A DNA stretch of 64,000 nt from Yuukianura sp. NJ FZ-2021 (taxonomy: Eukaryota). The notes under the pieces are model-generated. The model worked only from the letters and a program-made list of their open reading frames with translations. It was not told the DNA's origin and made no database searches. How positions within the stretch are numbered: the first letter of the stretch is position 1; each line of letters starts with the position of its first letter. Location of the stretch: NCBI GenBank assembly GCA_046563655.1, contig CM102284.1:1364001-1428000 (forward strand), in the 5' to 3' direction. Shown piece by piece: positions 1 to 11,245 of the stretch. The translations under genes were made by a program, and so were the position numbers.

Positions 1-345
1 ATGTAACCTAACTTGGCCAACTTGAACTGAGCAAAGTCAAAGTAAAATTTAGTACAGTTAAAAAATCTCTTTTTTTTTATATATTACCTTTGTGGTGAGT
101 AGTGCTCTTGAATACACTCTGCTAGTCTTGTATAAGCGGAACTCTGATTTAATTTAAAATTAAATTAATTTTCTATAGCTGATAAACATGCCAACACATA
201 TAAAACGGTTTATATTAGTTTATGCGTAGTTTGTATTTCAAAAATTTCCATAAAATTTAAATATAGAAAATGTAATATTGACAAATGTGGCACAATTGCG
301 TAAAATTAGTTTAAAATATCAAATATACAAAACATTCAATTAAAT

Positions 346-1395
346 TTAAGTTCGTGTAAGCACTATTTTTAGTTCTCGTGTCGTAGACTCTTTCGTGTGG
401 ATTTTCAAATGACGTCTAAATACATCGTTGCAATCAAATCCAGCGTCACAAAATTCACAACAGTATTTGAATCTCCCGCCGAGTTGATTTTTACTTCCCC
501 GTTTTTCTAATTCGTCCTTCTTACGTTGCTCAAGTATTTTGTGACCAGTAGTGCCAAGATGCTTCCATAAACTCTGAGCGGATACAAACTCCACTGAACA
601 GGTTTGGCACGAATAAGGTTTTTCCCCTGTGTGTCTCCTGACATGAACATCTAAGTATGTCTTTACAGCGAATTGCCTTGCGCACAATTTGCAATTGAAA
701 AGTTTGTCCTGTTTGTGCTTCTGTTCATGGCGTTGCAATTGTACTTTTAGTGGAAATCCTTCTCCGCATGTTTCACACTGGAGTCTGTTTCGCCATTCTT
801 CATGCGTCATTAAATGAGCCCAGTGGTTACCGCTGATTTGCTGTTGACAGAATTTGCAGAAGACAGGTTTTCCTATTCCATGCACTTGGCGCATGTGAAT
901 CTTCAAATCCATTTCACGTACGAACACCTTGGGACATGCTGTACATTTCTGAGGAGTTTGCTTGTTGTGTAGTTCCAAATGGACCAACAGATTCTGCTTC
1001 TGCCGAGCAGCGTAAGGGCAAAGCGAACACCGAAAATCTTTGTTGAGGTCGTGAACTTTTTCATGACATTCTTTATTATATTTTGTTGTAAATCGTCGCG
1101 GGCATATTTTGCACTGAAATGGTTTCTCGCCTGTATGACGACGCATGTGTATCGCGAGGTTAGCGGCAAATGGAAACGCATGATTACAGACGTTGCATTT
1201 GTAATTCTTGGTTTCATCGTGCGACCTTTGATGTGTTTTGAGTCCATTCCTTGATGCAAATTCCTTTCCGCATTGCTTACATTTATCCAAATCCTGTGCA
1301 GTGTGTATGCGTAAGTGATACGCCAAGTCTTCCCTATGAGCAAACCCTTTGCGACACAGTGTACATTTATGTCGCTTGTCTCCCGCTTTCCCCAT
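346..1395 (-). CDS. C2H2 zinc-finger protein, about 11 fingers, tandem paralog 1
   Basis: 349-aa ORF with repeated C-x2-C-x12-H-x3-H units and HTGEKPF/Y linkers; splice acceptor gttctag just upstream of the ATG (~1408). Confidence 0.95.
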   Translation of the reverse strand: MGKAGDKRHKCTLCRKGFAHREDLAYHLRIHTAQDLDKCKQCGKEFASRNGLKTHQRSHDETKNYKCNVCNHAFPFAANLAIHMRRHTGEKPFQCKICPRRFTTKYNKECHEKVHDLNKDFRCSLCPYAARQKQNLLVHLELHNKQTPQKCTACPKVFVREMDLKIHMRQVHGIGKPVFCKFCQQQISGNHWAHLMTHEEWRNRLQCETCGEGFPLKVQLQRHEQKHKQDKLFNCKLCARQFAVKTYLDVHVRRHTGEKPYSCQTCSVEFVSAQSLWKHLGTTGHKILEQRKKDELEKRGSKNQLGGRFKYCCEFCDAGFDCNDVFRRHLKIHTKESTTRELKIVLTRT

Positions 1396-1492
1396 TTTGA
1401 TTGAGCTCTAGAACAAGATTAAACATTAAATTGTGAGGAGCTGCAAAAAAGTAATATAATGTGTTATTAATGATGTTATTAATTGTATTAGT

Positions 1493-1940
1493 CCAAGGCC
1501 CGTAGGCCGGGGGGACTAGAGCTCCGGCTCTATCCTACTAACACCTTGGACGGGCGCGGGTTCGAGTCCCGGCGTCGCCGACACGAAAGTCGTTTTCCAG
1601 AAATGGTTTTTCCACTTTCCTAGCCCAGATGGGGTGTTCGGATGATAGGTCAGTTTGGGGGTTATGGGTGCGTGTGAAGAGGTCAGTAGTTGCTGTTGTG
1701 GAGGGGGGTCGTGGGCCGGTATGCGTACGATGCTGTTCCTGTCACTTGCCTGGAGCTGTGATATGTGGTAGGGCCCTAGCCCGTTCAGCTCTAGCAGAAA
1801 GCCTTTCGTCCTTCCCTCAGAACTTCTCGCCAACTATCTGACTGTACCACCGCCCCACCCCATAGGACCTCAACCCAACCCAGAAATTCCCTAACCCTTG
1901 TTGATAGAGCATATGCTAAAGTCAATAAATCCCGCAAAAA
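1493..1940 (+). mobile_element. tRNA-derived SINE with 15-bp target-site duplication
   Basis: Direct repeat attaattgtattagt at 1478-1492 and 1941-1955; tRNA-like head with B box GGTTCGAGTCC (1559-1569); AATAAA at 1924-1929 then a short A tail; GC-rich; absent from the equivalent region of paralogs 2 and 3. Confidence 0.8.
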
Positions 1941-3200
1941 ATTAATTGTATTAGTAGTTGTATCAACTACCATTACATCAAGTGAATTGCATCAACTGTA
2001 ATGGTATCAACACACAACTGTTAAAACGGCTATTTGTATCAACAAAAATAATCAAACTAATCTAAACTCAATTCAGCTTTATATACCTGTTGACACAATT
2101 CAGTTGATACAATGGCGTGCTTCCTCCAGTGCCACTACTTAGCAGTTAACTGACAATAAATTAAAATCAAACTGACCTGTCTTAAGAAAACTGCCAGTAG
2201 GGTATTCAGAGTGCAAAATTAGTACTTTCTGGTTTGAAAATCACAAAAGTGTGCAGGCAGAGAACTTGATTTTTTGACTTCGTCTCAAAGTTTTTTAATT
2301 CCAACTGCAAACAAAAACGTACAGGACGTTCCGTATTTTTAGAAAAGGTAGTGAAACAACATTGCCCGGGGTTTGTGCTTAAAATGTAAGTTCGTGGAAG
2401 GACTTTTTAGAGTTCACGTAGTATTTTAATTTCCTGTATGCTCCCCTAACATCCAATGTGAATTTTATTTTTTTCAAAAACAAAAACATCATTAAGAAAA
2501 TTTGTGTGACCTAACTTAACTAACTTAAGCAAAGGCAAAATGAAATTTAGTACTTATAACAATTTTCCTTGCAGCAAATATTTTTGTGGCTCCCCTTGAA
2601 ATCGAATCTAAAATGATTCCAGATGAAATCGCAACGTCGCCTGAACTGGAATCAAAAGTTCAAAAAAAAAATGTAAAAAGTGTAGAAGCAGTATTTTTAG
2701 AATTTTCTTTTTTGAAACAACATGGCCTGGGGCTTGTGCTTAAATTTGAATTCGTAGGGGAGCTATTTAGAGTTCAGTACCTTAGTTTTGAAACTTTCCA
2801 GTATGCTAACAGCTAACGAAAATTTTATTGCTATTTCAGAAAAAAAACTTCATTAAAAAAAATGTAAACTTAAACTTCCTTACTTAGGCAAAAGCAAAGT
2901 AGAATTTAGTACGATTAAAAAAAATTTCTTTGCAGTATACCTTTGTAATCAGTCCAGTACGTATAGTACTCCACTAGTCTTGTACAAATAGAATTTTAAT
3001 TTAACTTTAAAAATGAAATTGCAATACAAATACATTGAAAACGGCTTAAGTCATCTGACAATTTAGATGTATTTGACCATACAATTGTGAAAACGTAGTT
3101 TGTAAAAGTTCAAAGATTATTTCAATAAAATTAAAAATTAATTAATTTTGGCAAATGCTGCACAAATTAGTTTAAAATATCAAATATACAAAACATTCAA

Positions 3201-4286
3201 TTAAATTTGAATTCGAGTAAGCACTATTTTGAGTACTCTTGCCGTAGACTCTTTCGTGTGGATTTTCAAATGACGTCCAAATTCGTCGTAGCAATCAAAA
3301 CCAGCGTTGCAAAACTCACAACTGAATTTGAATCGCCCGCTGATTTTAGTTTCACTTCCCCGCTTTTCCAATTCCTCCGTCACTTGCCTCTTTCGACTTT
3401 GCTCGAATTCTTTCTTATGGCAAGCACTGCGTTGATGTCTTTTTAAATTCTGAACGGATACAAAGTCGACTGCGCATGTTTGGCACGAATAAGGCTTCTC
3501 TCCTGTGTGTCTCCTAACATGAGCATTCAACTTTGTCTTTACAGAAAATTGACGAGCGCACAATTTGCACTTGAAAAGTTTTTCTTCCTTGTGGTTCTGC
3601 TCATGGTATAGCAAATTATGTTTTGTGGAAAATCCTTCTCCGCATGTTGAACACTGGAACCTGTTTCGCCATTGTTCATGCGTCATTAAATGAGCCCATC
3701 GGTTACCTCTGATTTGCTGTTGACAGAATTTGCAAAAGAAGGGTTTTCCTATTCCATGTATTCTGCGCATGTGCATCTTCAAATCCACACCCCGTAGGAA
3801 AACTTTGGAACATGCTGTACATTTCTGAGGAGTTTGCTTGTTATGCAGTTCCATGTGGACCAAAAGACGGTGCTTTTGTCGAGCTGCGTAAGGGCAAAGC
3901 GAGCAGGGAAATTCCTTGTTGAAGTCGTGAACTTTTTGATGATTGTTTCTAGTCTCTTTTGTTGCAAATCTTCGGGAGCATATTTTGCATTGAAATGGTT
4001 TTTCGCCTGTATGACGACGCATGTGTTGCACGAGGAGGGAGGGAATTCCAAACGCATGATTACAGACGTTGCATTTATAATTCTTAGTTTCATCGTGTGC
4101 ATTTCGATGTATTCTGAGTCCGTCCCTTGATGAAAATTCTTTTCCGCATTGGTCACATTTGTCCAAATCCTGTCCAGTGTGTATGCGCAAGTGATACGCC
4201 AAGTCTATCTTCTTATGAAACGTTTTGAGACACACTGTACATTTGTGTCGCTTGCTCTCCGTTTTCCGCATTTTGATTGCCGGCAT
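3201..4286 (-). CDS. C2H2 zinc-finger protein, tandem paralog 2
   Basis: Colinear with paralog 1 along its length; likely start MPAIKMRK after the ttctag acceptor near 4291. The 5' extension in the ORF track to 4412 is probably intron. Confidence 0.93.
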   Translation of the reverse strand: MPAIKMRKTESKRHKCTVCLKTFHKKIDLAYHLRIHTGQDLDKCDQCGKEFSSRDGLRIHRNAHDETKNYKCNVCNHAFGIPSLLVQHMRRHTGEKPFQCKICSRRFATKETRNNHQKVHDFNKEFPCSLCPYAARQKHRLLVHMELHNKQTPQKCTACSKVFLRGVDLKMHMRRIHGIGKPFFCKFCQQQIRGNRWAHLMTHEQWRNRFQCSTCGEGFSTKHNLLYHEQNHKEEKLFKCKLCARQFSVKTKLNAHVRRHTGEKPYSCQTCAVDFVSVQNLKRHQRSACHKKEFEQSRKRQVTEELEKRGSETKISGRFKFSCEFCNAGFDCYDEFGRHLKIHTKESTARVLKIVLTRIQI

Positions 4287-5732
4287 CTGCTCTAGAACTA
4301 AATTCAGCTTTAATTTTGAAAAATTGTAAAGAAAAAAATATGTTTGTATTAGATTTCCAACCCCCTGAGCTGGTTCATAATATTGGGTCAATTGAATTGC
4401 ATCAACTACCATTACATCAAATGAATTTTGTCAATTGGAATTGCACCAGCGCTCAACTGCGTCAACGGCTAATTGTATCAGCGAAAATAATCAAACATAA
4501 CATAAGCTAAATTAAGCGTAATATACCATAATTGACATAATTAAGTTGAAATAATTGTAGTTGACGCAACTCAGTTGATATAATGGCAGTTGAGATTATT
4601 CAATTACCACAATATCGCTAACTTCCTCCAGTGCTACGAATTACCAATTAGTTGAGTTAAAATTAAACTAACTTACCTTAACGAAACTGCGAGGGAAATT
4701 TTTTCTAAATGTGCAAAGTCGTTTCTTCCTGTTTTGAAAATTACAGAAGTGTAGAAGCAGAGCAGTTGATTTTTTGCCTTCCTTTCAAAGTTCTTTAATT
4801 CCAACTGTACACAACAGTGTACAGGACGGTCCGTATTTTTAGAAAAGAGTTTCAAACAACATGGCCTGGGGCTGTGCTTAAATTCAAGTTCGTTGAAGAA
4901 TTTATTTTGACCTACCGCGGCGTCATTGTTCCAACACGTTCCTGTATGCCATATAACAGCTAACGTGAATTTTCTTTTAAACAAAATCTTCACTTAAAAA
5001 ATTATTTAACCTAACTTAACTAGGTTCAACTAAGCAAAGACAAAGTAAAATTTAGTACAATAGAAAAATTTCTGAAATGATTGATATGTAGAATCCAATG
5101 AATCCACTGTAAATCAGCGGTCAACTCTGGCCTGTAGCAACTGACTCGTTCGTTTGATTAGTTGAAGTTTATTTAGATCCAAATTAAAGTTAAAGGAATG
5201 AATGAAAAGACTTAAAAGTTAAGTTATGAGAATTGAAATTGGAGAGACTTAATCTCTAGATCCTACTCCTATGAAGTACGGAATTGAACTTATTCTTATT
5301 CTTATGCCTATGCATCACAATACAAAAGGAAAACCCAGAAATGCTAAATTTAAAACCAACGCTATAAGTTAGCCTCAAGCGCTAACCGACAAATCTTTCG
5401 TTTTGTGATGCTAATTTTAAACTTGGCGCTTTTGCCCCAATTCACCCCAACAATTTCTTTGCAGAATATATTACGATTGTGGTGAGTCCACTACAGAATA
5501 CACTCCACAAACAATATTTCAATTCAATTTAAAAAGTTAAACTTCACTAAGTTATGAACATACAAATACATTGAAAGCGATTTGTCATCTTGCTATTAAA
5601 CAGTATTTAACTATACAATTAGCACGTTAGTTTTTAAAATTTCAACGATTTCCAAACAAAGAAAAATATAATTTTGACAAAATGTACCGCAACCAAAATT
5701 AATTTTAGAATATTAAACAAAAGATAGCATAA

Positions 5733-6800
5733 TTAAATTTGAATTCGTGTAAGCACAAGCGTCAGTACGCGCGTCGTAGACTCTTTCGTGTGGATTTTCA
5801 AATGACGTCCAAATTCATCGTAGCAATCGAAACCAGCGTTGCAAAATTCACAACTGAATTTGAGTCGCCCGCTGAGTTGATTTTCAATTCCCCGATTTTT
5901 CAATTCGTCCTTCGTTTCTTTCTTCTGAGATTGCTCAAGTTTGTTGTGGCCAGTAGTATGTCGATGTCTGCTTAACTTCTTAGCGGATGCAAATTCGATT
6001 ACGCATGTTTGGCACGAATAAGGTTTCTCCCCCGTGTGTCTCCTAACATGAGCATCCAAGGACTGCTTTAGTCCAAATTGACTTGCGCACAATTTGCATT
6101 CGAAAAGTTTTTCTTCTTTGTGTTGCTGCTCATGCATTTGCAAATTATGTTTTCGTGAAAATTCCTTGCCACATTTTGGACATTGGAATCTGCTCCGCCA
6201 TTCTTCATGCGTCATTAAATGAGTCCATCAGTTACCTCTAATATGTTGTTGACAGAATTTGCAGAAGAAGGGTTTTCCTATGCCATGTATTCTTCGCATG
6301 TGCATCTTCAAATCCCTTTCACGCCCGAAAACTTTGGGACATGCTGTACATTTCTGAGGAGTCTGCTTGTTGTGAAGTTCCATGTGGCGAACAAGAAGTT
6401 GCTTGTGTCGAGCAGCGTAAGGGCAAAGTGAACATGAAAATTCCTTGTTGAGGTCGTGAGTTTTTTCATGACATTTTGCATTCTTTTTTATTGCAAATCG
6501 TCGTGAGCATATTTGGCACTGAAATGGTTTTTCGCCTGTGTGACTACGCATATGCTGCGTGAGGAAGGCGGCACATGCAAATGCATGATTACAAACGTTG
6601 CATTTATAATTCTTAGTTTCATCGTGTACATTTCGATGCAATTTGAGTCCGTTCCTTGATGTAAATTCTTTTCCGCATTGCTCACATTTGTCCAAATCCT
6701 GTCCAGTGTGTACGCGTAAGTGATACGCCATGTCTGCTGCACTAGCATATCGTTTGGGACATAGTGTACATTGGTGTCGCTTGTCTGCTAATTTCCTCAT
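5733..6800 (-). pseudogene. C2H2 zinc-finger paralog 3 with in-frame nonsense codon
   Basis: ORFs 6228-6860 and 5733-6215 are in the same frame, separated only by TGA at 6228-6230 where paralog 2 has CGA (Arg) and paralog 1 has CAC (His). Confidence 0.8.
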
Positions 6801-6924
6801 TCTGATTCTGGCGGGTCTAGAACAGAATTCAACATTTTGAAAAAAGAATAATGCAAACAAAAGTTTTCAGTAAGATTTCAAATTATTCAAAGATTTTTAA
6901 TTCAGTGATTTCTAACTAATAATA

Positions 6925-7138
6925 CATTGTGCAAATTGAATTGTATCATTTCATTTCATCAGGTGAATTGTCTCAACTGTAATTCCGTCAACACTGAACT
7001 GTGTCATCGGCTACTTGTATCAAAGAACCTAACTTATGTAACCTAAATTAAGTTTTATACACACATTGACACAATTCTAGTTGATACAATTCCAGATGAT
7101 AAAATGGCAGTTGATGCAATTCAATTGACACAATGACC
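6925..7138. repeat. Foldback/MITE-like inverted repeat in the ZNF upstream intron (related copies at ~1956-2115 and ~4381-4610)
   Basis: cattgtgcaaattgaattgtatca ... tgatgcaattcaattgacacaatg are imperfect inverted ends with internal tcaact/agttga sub-repeats; present in all three ZNF units. Confidence 0.6.
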
Positions 7139-8143
7139 AAGTTACAATACTATTTAGAAGTTAATTGAGCTAAAATTAAACGAACCTGCTTTAAGGAAAC
7201 TGCCAGTACTGTGTTAATTCTTTAGAATGTGCAAAATTGGTACTACTTACTGTGTGAAGATCACAAGAGAGTGGAAGCGGAGCAGTTGATTTTTGTCCTT
7301 CTTTCAAAGTTCTTTAATTCAAACTGCATACAACATCGTATAGGACGGTCAGTATTTTTAGAAAACATGTTTGAAACAACATGGCCTGGGGCTAGGCTAG
7401 TAAAGAACTAGCAAAATTGACCTTTCAAGCAAATCCAAACTGCACGCGAAATTTCACATTGATTTGCAAAATACAACAGTAAACAAAAATTATTAAAAAA
7501 AATCTTAAGAATGAGCATTGTCCAACTGCCCTACTTTCGAACAATCTGGAAATTCCATTATAATAACAATAGCATTTGTATTTCTCACGATGTTCATTTG
7601 GTAACAAAAATAACGTTTCTTGGCTAATCAACTCTCATTGCCACTCTTAAGAAAATGTCCAATATGTTTAAATTTTAGTTCCACTCGAAGCGAATTTGCG
7701 TCAATGGAAATTTTGCTGTCCAGAAGACGGGATTTTCCCGCAATCATTTTAAGTGAAAATAAAACATAGAAGTTTTTCCTTGTGAATTTCTGTCACGGAT
7801 TAAAGTCTAGCAAAACTTGTTTTATAAACGAGTTTAAAAAAAATTTTTTTTTCTTTAGCAGGTATTGTAGTTACAAAAATTAGCTTGGAAACAAAAAAAA
7901 ATTATCTGCCTTACAAGAAATGGGTTTCATAATTTTATTCAAGGATAACCTTAAGTTTCAAATTTTCAAAACTTTTTGAATGGTAAAACTTTATTGTTAC
8001 ACGGCTAGCCTAATGCCATAAACATAAAATGAATTTTTGGTTTTCCTATGATACATGAATTGAGATGATTTGTTCAGATCAAAAATATTTGCTACTATTT
8101 CTTCTAAATTTTTAGAATTGAGCAGTTCGTGGAGCATGAGCAG

Positions 8144-9359
8144 TTACAATTTACTACTTTCTGCTTCTGCAGTTTCCAATGACTTTTCAATGTCATCTAA
8201 ATTGTTAACATCTCCTTCATCACCAGAATCCTCTTCATCATCAGCACTTCCACGAGCACCGGCAGCCAACTTCCCGCCCATGTAATCTGGCATTTCATCT
8301 TTTGAAACGATCTTCTCTATGTCCTTCTTCCGCATCAGTTTGATCTTGCCTTGATGCTCGTCTGGAACTAACTTCAGAACACGTTCAGCAATTGTGGCAA
8401 AGAATCGCGGCATCTCGTACAGAATCAATTGGCCGACTTGATCCGGGGAATACCGAACCATGTTGATGATCAACCAGCCTCCGACGGCAGCTAGATCTTT
8501 GTTGGCATACTTCACCAAATCTCGAATAGCGAGACTGCGACAGTCCAACACAATCGTGCTCTTTCCTTTCGTTTCGGTATCGATTTTGTGGAAGTTATAC
8601 AACGCAAAACGCTTCAAGGCTTCTCCATCCTGAAGAATTTCAAAGGAAAAATTAAGTTTTACTCCTATGTATAAAATGTTATACAAAAAAAAAAATTAAA
8701 AGAGTATGATTCTCTCCAAACATTTGCAAAAATGCGGCAATTGTGCGGTAATCTGGGTAAATATTCGGTAAGTACCGCAGGAATGCGGTAAAACCAAACC
8801 GGTACACCGTACGGAGTCGTTCGCATATAGCTCCATAACTTTATGTATGAAAAGCTATTAAAAAATTTCTCCATGGTAACTCTACTATAGATATTTTGGG
8901 TGGAAATAAAATGGCGTAACGTTAATTTTAACTGTCAATATTTGCGGTTTTACAATTAATTTATGTTTGTGTATTTTTTTTCTATGTGTATTATACCTTG
9001 GAATTTCGCTTTGCAATTTTCTTGGCAGTTTTGTATCGAATGTAGACAGTCCGATTGCCGGCCTTATCTTTGCCCTGGTATTGAACCATATTTTTCACAT
9101 CGGCATTGAATTCGCTCTCCTGAATTTGTGCAATTCCGTTGCGTTTGGCCCATCGCATAGCTCCACCCAAGGTTTCAGCTGCCTGCCAAGGATCACATTC
9201 CTCCCGGGTCAAGTAACGAGAAATGAACAGATCTTCCGTTTTGACCCGGTCAATGTCCGTCGGGTCATAGGCATTCTTGTTTTCCTCGACCGTCGCAAGG
9301 ACTTTGGCACGAACTTCTGCAATCAGCTCTGGAGTCACGGTGGCTTTCTTGGGCGCCAT
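8144..9359 (-). CDS. CRAL-TRIO (Sec14-like) lipid-binding protein, similar to the MOSPD2 N-terminal region; 2 exons (~9359-8997, ~8629-8144)
   Basis: DLFISRYL..CRAL_N-like helix, GKDKAGNRTVYIR, TIVLDC, RYSPDQVGQLILYEMP, DEMPDYMGG; GT-AG intron joins the two ORFs; acidic tail. Confidence 0.8.
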
Positions 9360-11245
9360 TTTTCAAAATTTAGTTTGAGTATTTGCGGTGTGAAGAGGAA
9401 CTTTGACAGAGATGAGTGCTGTGAATGTGGTCAGTCCTGGTTGGAGGCAGCAGTTGAAACGAGATGTCAGTTGCCAAAGTCCACCGGTTTTTATCACTTC
9501 CATCACGCCAAAAAATCACCTCCTTTCTGAATCTTATCAAATTCCCTCGTTTGCCTCATTACAAAACCGGCATTGTCTAAAAAAAAGTTTGTTTTTTGCT
9601 TCATAACAATTGAGATACGGTGAGAACAATCTGAACCAGGGTTTGGTCATCCCCACCGGGATTTCCCGGGCACCCAGTTTTTGATTCTTTTTGAAGCAAA
9701 AGAATTTGCCAAAAAAATTTTTTGGATGATCCCTTCATTATTTTGGCAACTGCCTCCATTGAAAAGTGTTATAATAATCTAATAATAATAACATAAATTA
9801 TAAGTTTAGTGTGACATTTGAATAATAGCAATGGTTCTACGCACTTGCTTCAAATAGAAATGTTTTGATTTGAACTGTTTCAGAAAATAATTGCTTCGAA
9901 ACGTCCATTTTTCGCCTGTGTTTTCTTTATCTCATTTCTCATCTCCCACCATTTAGTTTTTGCAGCTGATGAGTTTAGTGCAAAAGAAGATGAAACGGAT
10001 TTATTATGAACCATAAGTTATGGTACACCCGCTGATTACTTCAAATTGGAGTTCAATATTTGTTTCAAATTGTTAAAAAGCAGCCAAATTTAACTATGCC
10101 CACGAAAAACTGGGTTGAGGTTTTGCTTAACCCTTGGCGTTAATCACTTTGCTGAAATCTGGTTTTCCCAACGGTACCACGAGTTGGATTTTCTCATCTC
10201 TTGATGTAAGCTGTATTATTTGAATTTCCCCTCAAAGTCCACATCAAAATCAACTTAAAAATAAAAAAGTTGCAAAAAAGAGTAGCCAAGAGGCTGGTCT
10301 GAGGAGCATAACGCCGTCTTGAAATTTTTTGTTCAATTATTTCCATAAACCCAGTTTCTCGTGCTGATGATGATGATGCTCATGGCAGTAGCTCAACTCT
10401 GCAATTAAGGCTGGCAGAGTATGACTCATCCCTCATTGTTCGCGATTATTTCAAAAGTTTAATATCAAAGAAAAAAATGTAGCTCAAAAGCAATGCAGCG
10501 AAAACACGAAAACGAACAATTACTTTTCTTCTACGTGCCGTTTTTTGCATTCAACGAGCTCGGAATTTTCTGAAGCCAAGAAATTGCAATTGAATGCGAG
10601 GCCGTCAAAATCTAGTTTTCATGTGCTACATCCTTTGAATTTTAAAACTGAAAGAAAATGATGAACTTTTCGTAATGTATGTGATGGTTCTCGCGCCCTA
10701 GAAACTGGCACCCATAAATTAATTTTTGCCAATGTGCAATTATTCTGGTATCAAACGGGGATCAGACGCGGAGGGGGGTGGGGTTGCGGTTTGATACAAA
10801 TTTTTCATTAACTTTTGGACTCTGAAGGAATTCTTTTCTCTTTTTTTTCAAAAACTGTAATTAAGTTGTGACTTAATTTTGTGAGAAATTTTATGGTTTC
10901 TTTTTTTTCTTGCTGCCAGCCAACAGGCAATTACCGACGCGTTGAGCCATTAATTTTTAGTGAATTCCCGTCTCATGCAAAAACAAAAAAAAATGATAGA
11001 AAAAAAGAGAAATTGCTGTTAATTTTTCTACAAATAAAATCAAATTCACAATGTTCTCAAAAATTCAAACTTTTTGTATAGAAAACGTTCAAAACTTTGG
11101 AATACTTGTGCTAACCAGAAAAAAGTAGTAATAACTACACATATAAATCACTGTTTATTCTACCTTCATTGCAGTATTGAAAATATAATATATTTGAAGA
11201 AAATATAATATTTAATATTAATTTAATATATTATAAGTTCATATA

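Noticed and set aside
1491-1580. Twister or HDV ribozyme in the SINE head
   Set aside because: Stems exist, but I could not place the conserved catalytic cores or pseudoknots; a tRNA-derived head explains the sequence better.
6228-6230. Selenocysteine codon in ZNF paralog 3
   Set aside because: Aligned residues in the paralogs are Arg/His, not Cys, and I saw no SECIS-like hairpin.
8867-8880. X-box-like ttctccatggtaac (also atcttccatagcaac near 28732)
   Set aside because: Only one good half-site each, and not at an obvious promoter of an RFX-type target gene.
8967-9530. 187-aa plus-strand ORF and similar antisense ORFs over the ZNF, RT, ESK and LLTP genes
   Set aside because: Antisense shadows of real coding exons with no independent motifs.
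9637-10800. Decayed transposon (cagggtttgg hAT-like end, ORF-like fragments)
   Set aside because: No matching second TIR, no TSD and no recognisable transposase motif.
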